This document shows, in pieces, positions 23,319-36,029 of a stretch of 64,000 bases of DNA; position 1 is the stretch's first letter; every line of letters begins with the position of its first letter. The position numbers were made by a program, and so were the translations under genes. A model generated the notes under the pieces. The model searched no databases, was not told the DNA's origin, and was given only the letters and a program-made list of their open reading frames with translations. Origin of the DNA: Rhynchopus sp. YZ270_cl-10. Its lineage: Eukaryota. The DNA lies in contig OZ037842.1 in the NCBI GenBank assembly GCA_964035575.1, positions 1,674,001-1,738,000 of the forward strand, written 5' to 3'.

Positions 23319-24206
23319 ATGTCTTCAAATGACGCAAAGGAGATCAAAACGATGAAACTATATACCGATTTGGACCGGATTGCGAATGAGATGAAGGAGG
23401 CTGGATATGACTTGCAGACTGGCACAATCCCTGTTGATGTGGTGCACAAAGCGACAATGCTGAACTACAGCGGTGTTGCCGGCTGCGAGGAGGTGGTGCG
23501 CCGTGCACAGCTCACCTCCGACAGCACTGTCCTCGACCTTGGCGGCGGTCTTGGCGGCCCTGCCCGCGTTGTCGCCCAGCTCTCTGGCGGCAAGGTGCTT
23601 GCCCTCGAATACCAAGAGGAACTGACAAGCATCTGCAACCAACTCACCCTCCGCTGCCAAATGGACTCCCAGGTCTTCTCACTCCACGGAGACGGCTGTG
23701 GGGCCAACCTTTGCGATAAATTAGAGCGTGTCCCCGCAGGGTTTGCACCAAAGTACGATGCTGTCGTGTCTTGGCTCGCCATCCTGCACATCAGGTTTGC
23801 AGACAGAGCAACCATGTGGGCAAACCTCGCAGCCTCTCTGAAGCCCGGCGCCATGATCTTCGTGGAAGACTTCTACGCGCGTGAGTTGGGGTGTTTCACG
23901 GAAGAGCACAAAACACTTCTGGAGCGTGATGTTGCAGTCCCCGAGGGCCACCTTCCTACCAGAGCGGAGTACGAAGAGCAGGTGGAGGCTGCAGGCTTCG
24001 AAGGGCTTGAGTGGAAAGATATGACCTCAACATGGTCTGAATTTGTTGACACACGCCACGCAGCCTACAGAGCAGCGGAGGACCGCCACAGACGCGTCCA
24101 CCCCGGCCCGACCTTCGACAACATGAACCACTTCTACAGCTCGATGTCCACGCTCTTCAGGTCCGGGGAGCTCAGGGGGGTGCGTCTCGTGGCCAAGAGG
24201 AAGTGA
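23319..24206 (+). CDS. Class I SAM-dependent methyltransferase (sarcosine/dimethylglycine or phosphoethanolamine N-methyltransferase-like)
   Basis: VLDLGGGLGGPAR motif I, YDAVVSWLAILHI, LKPGAMIFVEDF; intronless, 295 aa. Confidence 0.88.
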   Translation: MSSNDAKEIKTMKLYTDLDRIANEMKEAGYDLQTGTIPVDVVHKATMLNYSGVAGCEEVVRRAQLTSDSTVLDLGGGLGGPARVVAQLSGGKVLALEYQEELTSICNQLTLRCQMDSQVFSLHGDGCGANLCDKLERVPAGFAPKYDAVVSWLAILHIRFADRATMWANLAASLKPGAMIFVEDFYARELGCFTEEHKTLLERDVAVPEGHLPTRAEYEEQVEAAGFEGLEWKDMTSTWSEFVDTRHAAYRAAEDRHRRVHPGPTFDNMNHFYSSMSTLFRSGELRGVRLVAKRK

Positions 24207-24464
24207 TTTTTTTTTTTGGGGGAAAAAAATGGGGTCATGTCAGTGTAGACTCCCAGGGGGGTTGATGCCCGAAAAATAAAGTAAAATGTGGAGTGAAATG
24301 CATCATGTATGATGAAAATTGTGGTTCAAAGATTTCAAACAAATTGTGCGTATTTTTTTCTTTTTTTTTTTGAGATGAGATCTCCATTCATTTTTGTTAG
24401 TGAAGCTGGAGTTCATCGCACAAAACTATTCTCACTTTTTTTTTTTACCGAGTGTCTTGAGGAG

Positions 24465-24580
24465 CAGGGGTACAGCTCTGTTTTCTGATTTCTAGCTAGA
24501 TCGGGTCCGATCTGGTAAATTTGGGTCAATTTTTTTTTTTTCACCTAATTTTAGTACAGATCGCCTAGCTACACCCCCTG
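24465..24580. mobile_element. hAT-like MITE
   Basis: Imperfect TIRs CAGGGGTACAGCT / AGCTACACCCCCTG; GTCTTGAG on both sides (3-nt offset on the left). Confidence 0.6.
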
Positions 24581-24822
24581 GTCTTGAGATAATCTATGTA
24601 CCGTCCATATGGGGGCGAAATGGAGAGATACCGTTCACTAACGTTTCCAGGCAACTGATGGACTAGGGGAGAGGGCGAAATACGAAGGATGGGAACACCG
24701 GTAAAAAGGTGTGAGGAACTGATCAAAAAAAAAGGGGGTGAAATTGAATATTTACAGCCTGACACCTAAGAAACCAACACACCCACAACACAGCTCACCA
24801 TACAAACAACAACCAACCAACA

Positions 24823-25839
24823 ATGGGACTTCTTAGCGGACTGCTGTACACTTTCCCCACTGAGCTGGGAAGCAAGCTGTACCTTGTCTTCTGCGGGTAC
24901 AAGGTATGTTCGAGCGCATTCCCTCCTCTTCCTCCCCCTCCCCCTCCCCCACGATACTAAAAGTTACGCACACCGTTTGGTGAAAATATGGTAACTCGAG
25001 TAACAAAGTACAAGACAAAAACAGAATCTTTTTTCACCTTTTGTCCCCTTTTTTTTAACTTTTCTTACAAATCCCCCTCCCCCACGCCCTTTGAGTAATT
25101 CCCTATGTTTGGTTAGTCAACAAAAGGACAGAGGCTTAGGTTCATCTTTATTATTCGTTGTTTTTTTCTGTTTTCGGTGAGGCATTTTGTCAACCTCTCT
25201 TTGCTTCACACCACATAGCATGGAGCCCCTCATCTCCTTTGGTTGAAGCGTCCACACACCACAACACAACCCAAACAGAGCTTCAAGGCCATCGAGTCCG
25301 CCGACACCGAGGATGACACCCAGTGGCTGACCTTCTGGACCGTGCTGTCCTTCGTTCAGTTCGCCGAATTCTGGACCGACATCCTCCGCAGGTGGATCCC
25401 GTACTACAACGAGGCCAAGCTTGCCCTGCTCGTCTGGCTTGGAGCCTTCCGTATGCCCCCCTTTTTAGGTGCCTAAGAAAAAGGATTGGGTTATTATTGG
25501 TGCTCCTGAAAACCCCATTTGCGTACTTGTTGCGCACTTTGTGCACGAAAAATACAGGAATACCCTTTTTTGCGTACGTGTTGCGTAATTATGTGTTTTT
25601 TCCCCACTCATGCCCACCCTTTGCAGCTCGACCGTTTTACCACGTTTTAACTACTCTTTCTTTCTTTCTTGGTTTGTTGGTAGAGAGAGATATGCATCTT
25701 ACCAAACTTTACGACACAAAACACAGGTGGTGCCCACATCCTGTACTCCACCGGAGTGCGCCCCTTCCTCAAGCAGCAGGAGAGCAAGATCGACGAGACC
25801 ATCGAGAAGGCCGAGGCCGGAGCTGGCATCAAGAAGTAA
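24823..25839 (+). CDS. YOP1: TB2/DP1/HVA22 (YOP1/REEP) family ER membrane protein; exons 24823-24903, 25279-25450, 25727-25839
   Basis: YKSFKAIES..DDTQWLTFW..FAEFWTD..WIPYYNEAKLALLVWL..RGAHILY..VRPFL..ESKID. Confidence 0.9.
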
Positions 25840-26391
25840 AACCCCGGGAACACGGGACCCATAACTACTTATAGAGTACACTTGCCTAACTACAGTTAAT
25901 CCCCCCCCACGAAGAAAGGGTGTAGGTCCGTCTCACAGACCGCTTTTTTCCCTTCAATTTTTTTTACGTTCCCCCATTTTTCTCCTGAAGTGTCTTTAAT
26001 TTGCGCAAAGCGGAAAATAAATGCAAAACAAGGAGGCTCAAAGGAAAGTTTTTGTGGTATCGCGACATTCGGAATAACGAAGCCTAACGTACCGTTGATT
26101 CTTTTTGGACAGCTTGTGGACTAAATATTTTGCCCCCCCCATATTATTTAAAGATACTCGCAGGGCCGTAAGCCCCTACCTCCATTACGTTACTCTATTT
26201 TCTTTTTCTTTTTGAAGTTTTCTTTTTGCCACAAATGAAAAAAAGCTTTGAAAAAAAACAACGATTTTAAAAAGACTATTAAAAGAGACCATTTTACCCT
26301 ATGCATTCTTCCCAAAACAATCCATCCCACAACACAACAGGTGAACAACACCAAAAAAAGCACAACCAATCTAACCTCCCCCTCCCCCCTT

Positions 26392-28009
26392 ATGACCGAG
26401 GACATGGATCCTTTTGACATGAACGGCGACGATGCCTGGGGTATGCAAATAAATTCCTTCACTCCCACCTTTTTACAAAAATCTTCACCAAAAAAAAATA
26501 GATCTTATTACCCTCATCTCTGCATTAGTGAGGTTGGTTTCACCCACTAACCTTTTGGGCAACACAGAACACATTAAATCATCCCCCCTAAACTAAGCAC
26601 AAGAGGCTTATGTTCATCTAAAAGACTTTTCTTTCCCCTCCAAAGATTTCCCGACAAATGCCCATATACAATCAATCCGTTCTCCAAATACCCATTGGTA
26701 TCAAGCAAAATAACATTATTTTTGCTTCTTCCTTTGGTACACCCTGCGAACGCCTATTGCCAACCCCTATTAACCCCCTCAGTGTTCGTAGGTTTAATGT
26801 AGGGTGTATAAAAACAGGTGTATTATAAAAACTGTCCTAAACTGTTGGAGTGTACTAAACCAACACTGCCCCCTCCTCACAGATGACGTGAGCTATGGAG
26901 CTGCTCATGAGAACAGCATGGGGCACAACGCGTGGGGCAACCTGTGGGCAACACAGCTCTTTGAGCAGCAGGAGTATCTGAAGCGTGATGATGATTACAC
27001 ACCGCTGACGATTGGCGCGATTGTGGATAAGACGGTGCGGGCACGGGATCCTCGCCGTGTGGCGAGAAAGCGAAAGCGAGAGAAGGAGAACGCGCTGGAG
27101 CCTGCTGCACGCACGGCAAGCGGCAGGACGCTTGACGCGCCTGAGGCGGACGCTGCAGACAAAGAAGAGCGGGAGGACAGAGAGGAGAGGGAGCAGCCCA
27201 GCACCGCTAGCGTGACCCCTGCCACCTCCTCTGATGCAGCTGACGATGATGATGACGACGATGATAACGACAACGACGACGACAACCACGACGACGAGCT
27301 TGCGAACCTCTACGGGTACAAAGACGGCGACATCCTTCCCGGCTCAGCCGCACCCCTCAGCTACAAGCGCGACATCCACCGCCCCGCCACCTGGACCGCA
27401 CGCGAGACCCAGCGCTTCTTCCGCGCTCTCTCCATGTTCAAACTCTCCTTCTCCCTCATTGCAAACTTCTTCCCCGGACGCGAGACCCGCGACATCCGTG
27501 CAAAGTACAAACGCGAGCTCACTGTCAACGAATCCAAGGTCTCCGCGGCACTCCGAAAGCACCGCCCCGTCGATGAAGCGCGCTACAGTGAGTACAAAAA
27601 GGCGTCCGAGACCATCAGAAAGCTCAAGCAGGGCGAGAGCTCCATGAGCAACCAGAACGACACAGAGGGGCTCAACCCGCTGAAGGTATACCCACCACCA
27701 CACACAATACCCACATTGTTTTTCCTCTTCCTTTTTTCCCCTTACATCTCACCCACCCGCCCTCCCCTTCAGGATTACGACTCCTTCGACTGTGTGCACA
27801 TCAACCCCAACGACCCTACCTTCATCCCTGGTATGACGGAGCCTGCACACAGGCCCACACAGGCCGACGCAGCGCTGCAGGGCCTTCTCGACTCTGAGTT
27901 TGCACCGGACACTTCAGACCTGACACAGCTCGTTGCTGAGACGACGAGCTCCATGCCAATCCCCGAGGACATCGACATGGAAGCAGGATGGGATTGGTCC
28001 ACCGGGTAG
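26392..28009 (+). CDS. BDP1: TFIIIB B'' subunit-like SANT/Myb protein; exons 26392-26440, 26883-27685, 27773-28009
   Basis: WTARETQRFFRALSMFKLSFSLIANFFPGRETRDIRAKYKRE matches the Bdp1 SANT signature. Confidence 0.82.
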
Positions 28010-28552
28010 GGGGGGTGATTGGGGGGAGGGGGGAGTGGGGGGTACGGGGTGGGGGGGGTGTGAGTTTCAAGGTGAGGCTTTAACGGTGAGGCCTTTCATT
28101 ATTTTTTTTTTTGATAAATTTTGGGTCGTGCTACCTAAAAAGTGTTGGGGTTTTTGCCTCGTTTTAAAGGCGTTCGAAGGTGGCTAAGCACAGAGAGGCT
28201 TAGTATCATCTTATTTAAAAATGGCGTGTATGAGGGGCTCAGGGCGGCTTCCGTTTTTTAAAAGCATAAAAATCCCTTTCCTTTGTCGCCCCATTTTATT
28301 TTATTTTTCTTCAAGTTCTCTCCCCTATTTTTTATACCATTTAGCAGCGGTACGCAGCACGACAAAATTAAAAAAAGAAGGAAAAAAATACATTTTGCGA
28401 AACTAACCTGCCGGAGAGTTAAAAATGTGTTTCCGCTAAAAAAATCTTGTGTTTGTAGCACGGAAAAAAAAACCCCTTCCCACACATAGATTTCCACAAA
28501 AATAAACAAACAAAACCCACGCTGGTCTTCCATTGTCACCGATTTTTTTTTT

Positions 28553-28630
28553 TTTTGTGCTTTCATCCGGATGGCTGGCATCGTACGTGGGTCAGTCGGA
28601 GGTGACTGCATTAATAACTTCACTTTTTTC
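28553..28630 (+). repeat. Family D hairpin repeat; copy at ~33862-33935, diverged at ~12376
   Basis: TTTTGTGCTTT..CCGGATGGCTG(G/A)CATCGTACGTGGGTC(A/G)GTCGGAGGTG..ATTAATAACTTCACTTT. Confidence 0.85.
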
Positions 28631-31128
28631 CTCTCTCCTGAAAAAGGATTTCAGCAAAAAAAAAAAAAAACAAAAAATTGGATCCTTAGGAAGGGAGGCA
28701 TGGAGTGAAAAATGTGGGAATATACAATACAAAATGGAGAAAAATGCATTGAATTATTGAAATATGCGACTTTTTTCAGTAGCGTTACTAAAGAACGAAA
28801 AAAAAAAAGAACACAAAACAGAACCACCAGCCCTCCCATACCCCTCTATTGATGAGCGCGGTTGAAGCTGCGGTCGAAAACACAAAAAAAATTAAAAAAA
28901 AAACAACTTGTTACTTAGAGAACAAACAGCGCGATTTTCTCTCACAACGTACTTTGGTTCTTTCTAAAAAAAATAAAAAAAAATAAAAAAACAACATAAA
29001 ACAAGTTCTCGGGGATAATAAAACACTCTAGCCTTTTAAAAAGGTGCATACTATGTGCACTATGTTTTTTTTTGTGATGTTTTGTGGTTTTTGGCTTAGG
29101 TCCATCTTCCAAACTTATCTTTTTATCTTCTCGGGGCATGCCTGCATAGTGTGACTGCATTTGTCTGCGATGTGTATCGTGGGCCACATTCTAGTATATT
29201 TTTTCACTAGGAAGAATGGTCATGGTGTCTTCACTGCAGCACAGTGAGGGGCAAAAGCTTCATCTATTATTTTTCATTTTTACCACCATATACTATCAAT
29301 TTATTGATTGCATATGATGAAAATAATTTTTAGTGTCGCTCAAAAACCTCCATTTTGTACTACAAAGAAACACAAAAAAGAACACACACGTTATCTTTGG
29401 CGTGAGCCACACCATTTTTTATGCTATTTTTTTCGCCCCATCTCTGCCTCTTAGAGATGAGGTACGCGCTGTTCTAAACCGAGGAGTCGAGGAGCCTAGG
29501 TCTTGGAGAAAACAGCATTTTATGTTTGAAAGTGTGACCAGCATGGCATATGAATGAATTTTTCTTTGGAACGAATCGGACCGGTATTAAAGGGGGGATA
29601 CTCTCAAGGCCCTGTGGTGGTTATTGTCGAGAAATTTTTTTTTAAAAAAATGAGCAAAAGGCAGTAGTGGGCCACATTTTCGTGATGTTTTTCTGCGACG
29701 GAAAAAAAATAACGTGCTTTGCTTACCGTACCGCTTCCTCCCTCTCCCCGCCCAACGTCTGTTGTGTTCTGTGTTCAATAACACAGAGTTTTTTTTTCTC
29801 CAATTTTTAATCAGTGCTGCACTAACACCCATTTAAGTTTTTTTCTTTTTTTCGCACGTGGTCGTACGTGAGGTGGGCATGGGGTGTGTCGACTTCGCTT
29901 TTATTGAGAAAACAGATAGCCAAGCAATCAGGGCACAGCTATCAGTGTGGTCTCTTTTGTATGCACACAGATGTGTATGCACGTGAGGCATACTCATCTC
30001 AACTGTTCTTTTATTTTAGCTTATTTCGGCTTTGAAAAAAGTGTGCTGCATTCGCAAGGTTCAAAGTAAGTTCTCTAAAGGGAATTTTTATACTTTGTGC
30101 GGGGGGGAAAAAGTGACTGAGAGTATGAGTTGTGAGAGGTTAATAGCAAATTGTACTACCCTTTTTTTTTGGGGCTGGGGGGAGACATCATTTTGTGTAT
30201 TTTTACTCTTTACAGCGTGGACCCACACCCTAAAATAGCATTTTTTTGTTTTTTTTTTTTTTAAATAGGTGACATGAGAGGTTCATATAATCTCAAGGTT
30301 CCTTATTGTTTTCCCTATTGTTTTTTTTTCACTCATGAGTCTTAGGGCAATTTGACAAACTTCTCTTTTTTTTTAAACAGATGTGTGCAAGGAGAGGTGT
30401 TCATCTTTCACGTTTGTCTTCTTGTTTTTTATTTTTGTTGCTTGCTATTGGGTGCAGGTTGCTCCTTTTTGGGTAATGTGTACGGAGAAATACATTCACG
30501 ACGGTGAAGTAAATAACTTGACCTGTGGTTTACTTGTCAAGGCATTTCCTTCACACCGTTGTGTTGTCACTACAAGCACCACACCACCCCTAGAAGGTCC
30601 GACCTGGCAGCGGGGTCCCTCCACTCTAACCTAGGACTAAACAGGAAATCACAGATGCCTCGTTTCCCTCCCCCTTTTTTTTTTAATTCCTAAAAGAAAT
30701 TTTAGTCGCGCTCACGAAATAGTTTTATGACCCAGCTGTTTTTACGAGCAAGGTTTTCAAGGAGATATTTTTTTTGGTCAAAAAAATGGTATTTGCGCTC
30801 AAAGACCAGTTTTGTAAGCACAACTTTAAGGTGCGTGCTGGGGGGTGTTGTTTTTCTTGAAGCTATTGAGAGACATTCTTTTTCCCGCATATTTTTGTGT
30901 CCCCCCTTAAGCGAATTTTCCTCCTTTAAGCGACAGTTTGGGTTCCTCCTTTTTTAAAGGTAACCGTCAGAACAGAGAGACAGCCTTTTTTCTCTCTCTC
31001 TCTCTCTTTTCCCCCTGTACAACGTTTTGACTCATGACCAGAGTACCTGGTATGAAAGGTCAACCGCTTTTTCCTTTCCCCCTTTTTTCCACCCCTTTTC
31101 CACGGTTTCGGAATGATCTTTTTGGCAG

Positions 31129-31654
31129 TTTTCAACTTACCTTCCTTCACCCCCCTGTAAGGGCAACCGTAGGTGAAGTAAGGTATAGTATTGAAATCGA
31201 TGTGGGGGGGGAGTAAAGGGTCAATTTTACAAAACCAGATTTTGAGGAAAATTTTAGCCGAAAATGGGCCCCACGTATAAGGAACCGGGCTCATATTTCT
31301 CAAAATTTAAGTGGTCAAAAAATTATCCAATTTTCGAGATTGACCCCACCACTGCACGGGCGGATCCCAAAAATGCAAATAAGGACCCTTTTTCAACTTA
31401 CCTTCCTTCACCCCCCTGTAAGGGCAACCGTAGGTGAAGTAAGGTATAGTATTGAAATCGATGTGGGGGGGGAGTAAAGGGTCAATTTTACAAAACCAGA
31501 TTTTGAGGAAAATTTTAGCCGAAAATGGGCCCCACGTATAAGGAACCGGGCTCATATTTCTCAAAATTTAAGTGGTCAAAAAATTATCCAATTTTCGAGA
31601 TTGACCCCACCACTGCACGGGCGGATCCCAAAAATGCAAATAAGGACCCTTTTT
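31129..31654 (+). repeat. Perfect tandem duplication of a 261-bp unit
   Basis: 31131-31391 is identical to 31392-31652 by inspection. Confidence 0.95.
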
Positions 31655-32362
31655 AATTTGTTCTCTTGAAATGTCTAATTTCATGTTTTCGCGAAAAAAA
31701 TAACAACTGATCCCTACAAGGGTTGAAGGAAGGTGGTTGAAAATAACAATAACAACAAGAACAACTAATTGCTAAGAAAAAACGGGTGTGATGTGGAAAA
31801 CTCCGCGCGATTTTCGAAACCACCGTAGCATCCTGGCGATTTGGTGGAGGTGCTGATGCGCCTGGTGTGATCGATGTGTTGTAGTCTGTGCATTCTGTGT
31901 TCCTTCCGCACTGCTCCAACGACGACGACAATGTGGGGAGCCTGTGGACAACTACGAGCTGGAACACGCCGAGCCTGCCGAGCCGACGTCCAACAATGCT
32001 CTCGAGCAGATGGTGCTGGATGAAGAGGACAGCGCCCCTTCTTGAACGTTTCAGATGCTGGCGTCCCAGTGGATCTGGCAGCGTACGAAGAGCGTTAACA
32101 TACCTGCAGAAGAGCAGAATGCTGGACGTGCTGTAGATTATTTCTACAGGATGGAGTTCCACATCACACCCCGTTTTTTTTCCGATAGCAATTACTTGTT
32201 TTTTTTTGGGCCGATAAAAAAAGTTTCCGAAATCGTGTTTTTTTTTACGAAATGTAGTTTCAAATTATTTTTAAAAGGACACAGATGCGACGGGGAATCT
32301 AGTCAAATGGTGGTGGTTAGTCGAACCGCAGTCCCTCAAAACTTCAATTTGGGGGTGGTGAT

Positions 32363-32456
32363 CCACCTGATTTTGCTTGAAATTTTGGTGGAGTTTTAGT
32401 TCGGTGGTGTTTAAATACCACCAAAACTGCACCAAATTTCAGGCACAATCAGGTGG
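32363..32456. mobile_element. MITE of the CCACCTGATTTT family
   Basis: CCACCTGATTTTG...CACAATCAGGTGG, flanked by AT/AT. Confidence 0.85.
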
Positions 32457-33948
32457 ATGACGCGTCTCAACGTTTTTTTCAGATGTAAACGAAATGGATG
32501 TAGGACTGCATGGCTGGGTGTCCACCCCCGGTACAGCCGGTCATTGTACCAAAGGTACACTGTTCATGAGAGGGCTTTTTGTATTTCAAGTAAACTTTTT
32601 TTTTTGTGGTTGATGGAAGCGCAAAGAGAGTTCACACACAGCCTTCCCCATACACCATGATTTCTTCCGATGTGTTCTTAGGCACTTCTGGGGGTCCTTT
32701 TCCCTTTATTTTAGCAGATGTATGTGTGCACGAGAGGCACATTCATCTCACAAATTCTCTTCTTTTTTGCGAGTTCGCAAAATAAAATAAAATTTGAAGT
32801 TTGAAATATTTTTGTGCTCCACAACGCAACCACAACTGAGTGATGCAAGTGGTTTTTTTTTTCGAAATGGGACACAAAAACAAAAGCAAAAATCAGACAA
32901 AGCAACACTCACGTATACGATCGTTCATTTTCCCCCCTTATTCTATAGTGTTAATGTCAGTAGTGTATTTTTTTCTCTTTTTTTAGGCTGCGTCAGGAAA
33001 AGGAGTTCTATTGATGAATAGGTTCTCTTCTCAAAAACAAACGGGGGGTGGGTGGGGGGGTAAGGAGCAGACATCGAGTTTTTTTTGTGGCATTTTTTTT
33101 TAGTGTATCAACGATGTGTTACACATTTTTTGAAAAATAAAATGTGTGCATACCTTTCCCTTTTTTGTGTCAAATACACACCATAAGCTCTCAAGAAAAA
33201 AGACATTATTAGGTACAGATCTTTTTTTGTCCAGTAGGTAAGGTGATTGTCGATACAACAAAAAAACAAAAACGGGTGTAGACTACCTGGCAGCGCTCCA
33301 TTTCAGGAAAAAGTACACCTGAAGAGACAATAATTATTGATATTTTTTTTTCGAAAAAACAATAGCCTTCGGGCGACATTGAGTACAGATCCTGCACTAG
33401 CAGGTGATTGTCGACACAACAAAACATGACAAAAAAAACCTCCGTGAGCAACAGCAAACGAGAGAGAGAGAGATAGTAATTATGACAAACAACATTGGTA
33501 TTGTGCGTCAGACTGTCGTCTGTCCGAATCTTATAACCAATAAAGTGGGTTACGTGAAGGACATACCTTGTATTGCCAAACACAACACGTTACCAAAGGT
33601 CACCGTTAACCTTCTTGCAGTTTAGTGACCTTTAGATTACTTCATTTGCATTTTTCCAGATCTGTCCCAATGGACCACACCTGGCAAAACAATCGCAATA
33701 GTTTATTCAACCCTTCAGCGGGAGGGAAATCGCCACATTTCAAAAAATCTCGAATTTTTTTTTCAACAAACAGGGTGGTGACGCGGGGGGGTAGTTTTTG
33801 TTTCTCTCTTCAAAAAAAAGGTTCCACTTTTATCCTCCTTCACAACACTTCTTCCCATTTTCTTTTGTGCTTTCCGGATGGCTGACATCGTACGTGGGTC
33901 GGTCGGAGGTGCCTATTAATAACTTCACTTTCTTTCAGAAACACTACA

Positions 33949-35526
33949 ATGGGTATGCGACGAGTTCATGTTATGACCCGCATGATGGGTCCAGGTGTGC
34001 CACAGACGAGGCAGTGTAGTGGTGAGGCTGAGCCTCCGGTGCTGGTCACTGAAAGGGGGTGTGCGAAGCTTGTGACGTTGAACCGTGTGAAGGCGTTGAA
34101 CTCGCTGAACCATGACATGGTGACGCGTCTGCAGAAGCAGTACCTTGACTGGCAGTCGTCCCCGGGAGACTACATCGTGATGAAAGGTGCCGGTGGGAAG
34201 GCCTTCTGTGCAGGTGGTGACATCGTGGCCGTCGCGAAGGAGACGCCACAGAGCGGCACCTCGCTGCGCCGCGACTTCTTCTTCGATGAGTACAGACTCA
34301 ACTACTGCATCAAGATGTTCCCCCGCCCGCACGTCGCACTGCTGGACGGCATTGTCATGGGTGGTGGTGTCGGGCTGTATGCTTCCCCCCCTTTCTTATC
34401 ATATACTGAAGTAAAGTTTATATTTCACAGTTGATTCTGATGGAATTTGCGAGGGAAAATAAAACAAAAAAAACATAGTGCAGTTCATCCTCGGGTGTAC
34501 ACTAATACAACCAAGTTTTCAAAAAAAACAAAACAAAACAATCTACAGGTCGGTCCACGGATCGCATCGTGTCGTCACCGAAAAAACACTCTTCGCGATG
34601 CCCGAGACGGTATGTCATGCTCCCTTTGCGTTTATGTTTCCCTACTCAACACCAAATAGGGCATCGGTCTGTTCCCTGACGTTGGTGGGTCGCTCTTCCT
34701 TCCGCGCCTGCCGTACGCAGGTCTGGGGATGTACCTTGCACTTACGGGGTACCGCCTGAAGGGTGCGGACTGCCTGCACGCGAACATCGGGACGCACTAC
34801 GTTGCGAGCGAGCGCATTGCTGCGCTGGAGGAGGCGCTGATGGCGGCAGGCTCGCACACGAAGGTGGACGAGCTGATCAAGCTGCATGCCACGGCGATGG
34901 AGGACCTGCCTGCGTTCAGCCTGCAGGACAACCTGAACCGCATTGCACGCACCTTCACTCTGGGATCGCTCGACGCGATCATCGCCGACCTGAACGACGA
35001 CAACGACGACTGGGCAAAGAAGACACTCCAGACGCTCTCCAACATGTCGCCCACCTCCCTCCGCATCACACACGAGCAGCTCGTCCGCGGAGCACGTCAG
35101 GACCCTGAAGAGAACTTCCGCATGGAGGCACGCATGGTGCACGGGTGCATGAACATCTCTGGAGACTTCAACGAAGGTGTCCGTGCGCTTCTCCTCGACA
35201 AGGACAAGAGCCCCAAATGGAACCCCCCTACGCTGGCAGAGGTTTGTGTTTAAATTACTTTCGACGAAATCGTACAGAAAGTTCTCAATGAATTGCACAG
35301 AAAGTGGAGATTGCACCACTGTGTCAACAACCGAGGCAAACTACACTATTCCAGCAATCTATCAAAAAAATACTAATAATTAACACATCTCGGGGCCATA
35401 TTCTACACAAACCTATAGTTATCAAACACACCACATCCCCCACAGACATCGAAAGATTACATCGCCAAATTCTTTGCCCCAAGAGACGACCCGAAGAAGG
35501 AGTGGATGCCAATCAAGTCCGCCTGA
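33949..35526 (+). CDS. HIBCH: 3-hydroxyisobutyryl-CoA hydrolase; exons 33949-34376, 34549-34609, 34660-35241, 35446-35526
   Basis: TLNRVKALNSL, KAFCAGGD, DGIVMGGGVGLSVHG, FAMPETGIGLFPDVG, SPTSL, DFNEGVRALLLDKDKSPKW. Confidence 0.95.
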
Positions 35527-36029
35527 AGGGTTTAACCTTCCATAATTATTGAGTGTGTTAAAAACAGTTTTCCCTTAAATGAGAGGGCGCATGGAAGCCC
35601 CATTGTGCCCCCGTTTAAAAACGTTGAATATGAGCCAAGATGTCCCCCCAAATAACGTGAACGATTTTGGCGAACCTTTAAAACCGTGGTCCACAAGAGA
35701 AAAGCGCACGGCATACACACCGCTTGTTCCCCATACACCATGGTTTTTTTTTTGTTTTGTTTCTTGACACACATCGAGTGCGAACGATAAGATTCAAGAA
35801 CCCACTCCCCTCTCCCCGTCTGTTTTCCCCCACCAGCTTCACTTTTTCGCTCTGCATTACCCTCTTATGCGTCCAAAACGAAGTTCTCAACTTCTGTCAC
35901 TGTAAACATCTTTGTGTGGTTTGGAACCTCTTGCTTCCCGGAGGCTTTGAGTTGGGGTTTTATTTTTTAGTGATAAAAATAAGGTTCCCTAAGTGAATTT
36001 GGGATGAATGTAAAGTAGGGGTAATTATC

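Noticed and set aside
28189..28198. U6 snRNA ACAGAGA box or sarcin-ricin loop similarity of the family A loop
   Set aside because: No flanking U6 or LSU sequence; the match is only 7-8 nt.
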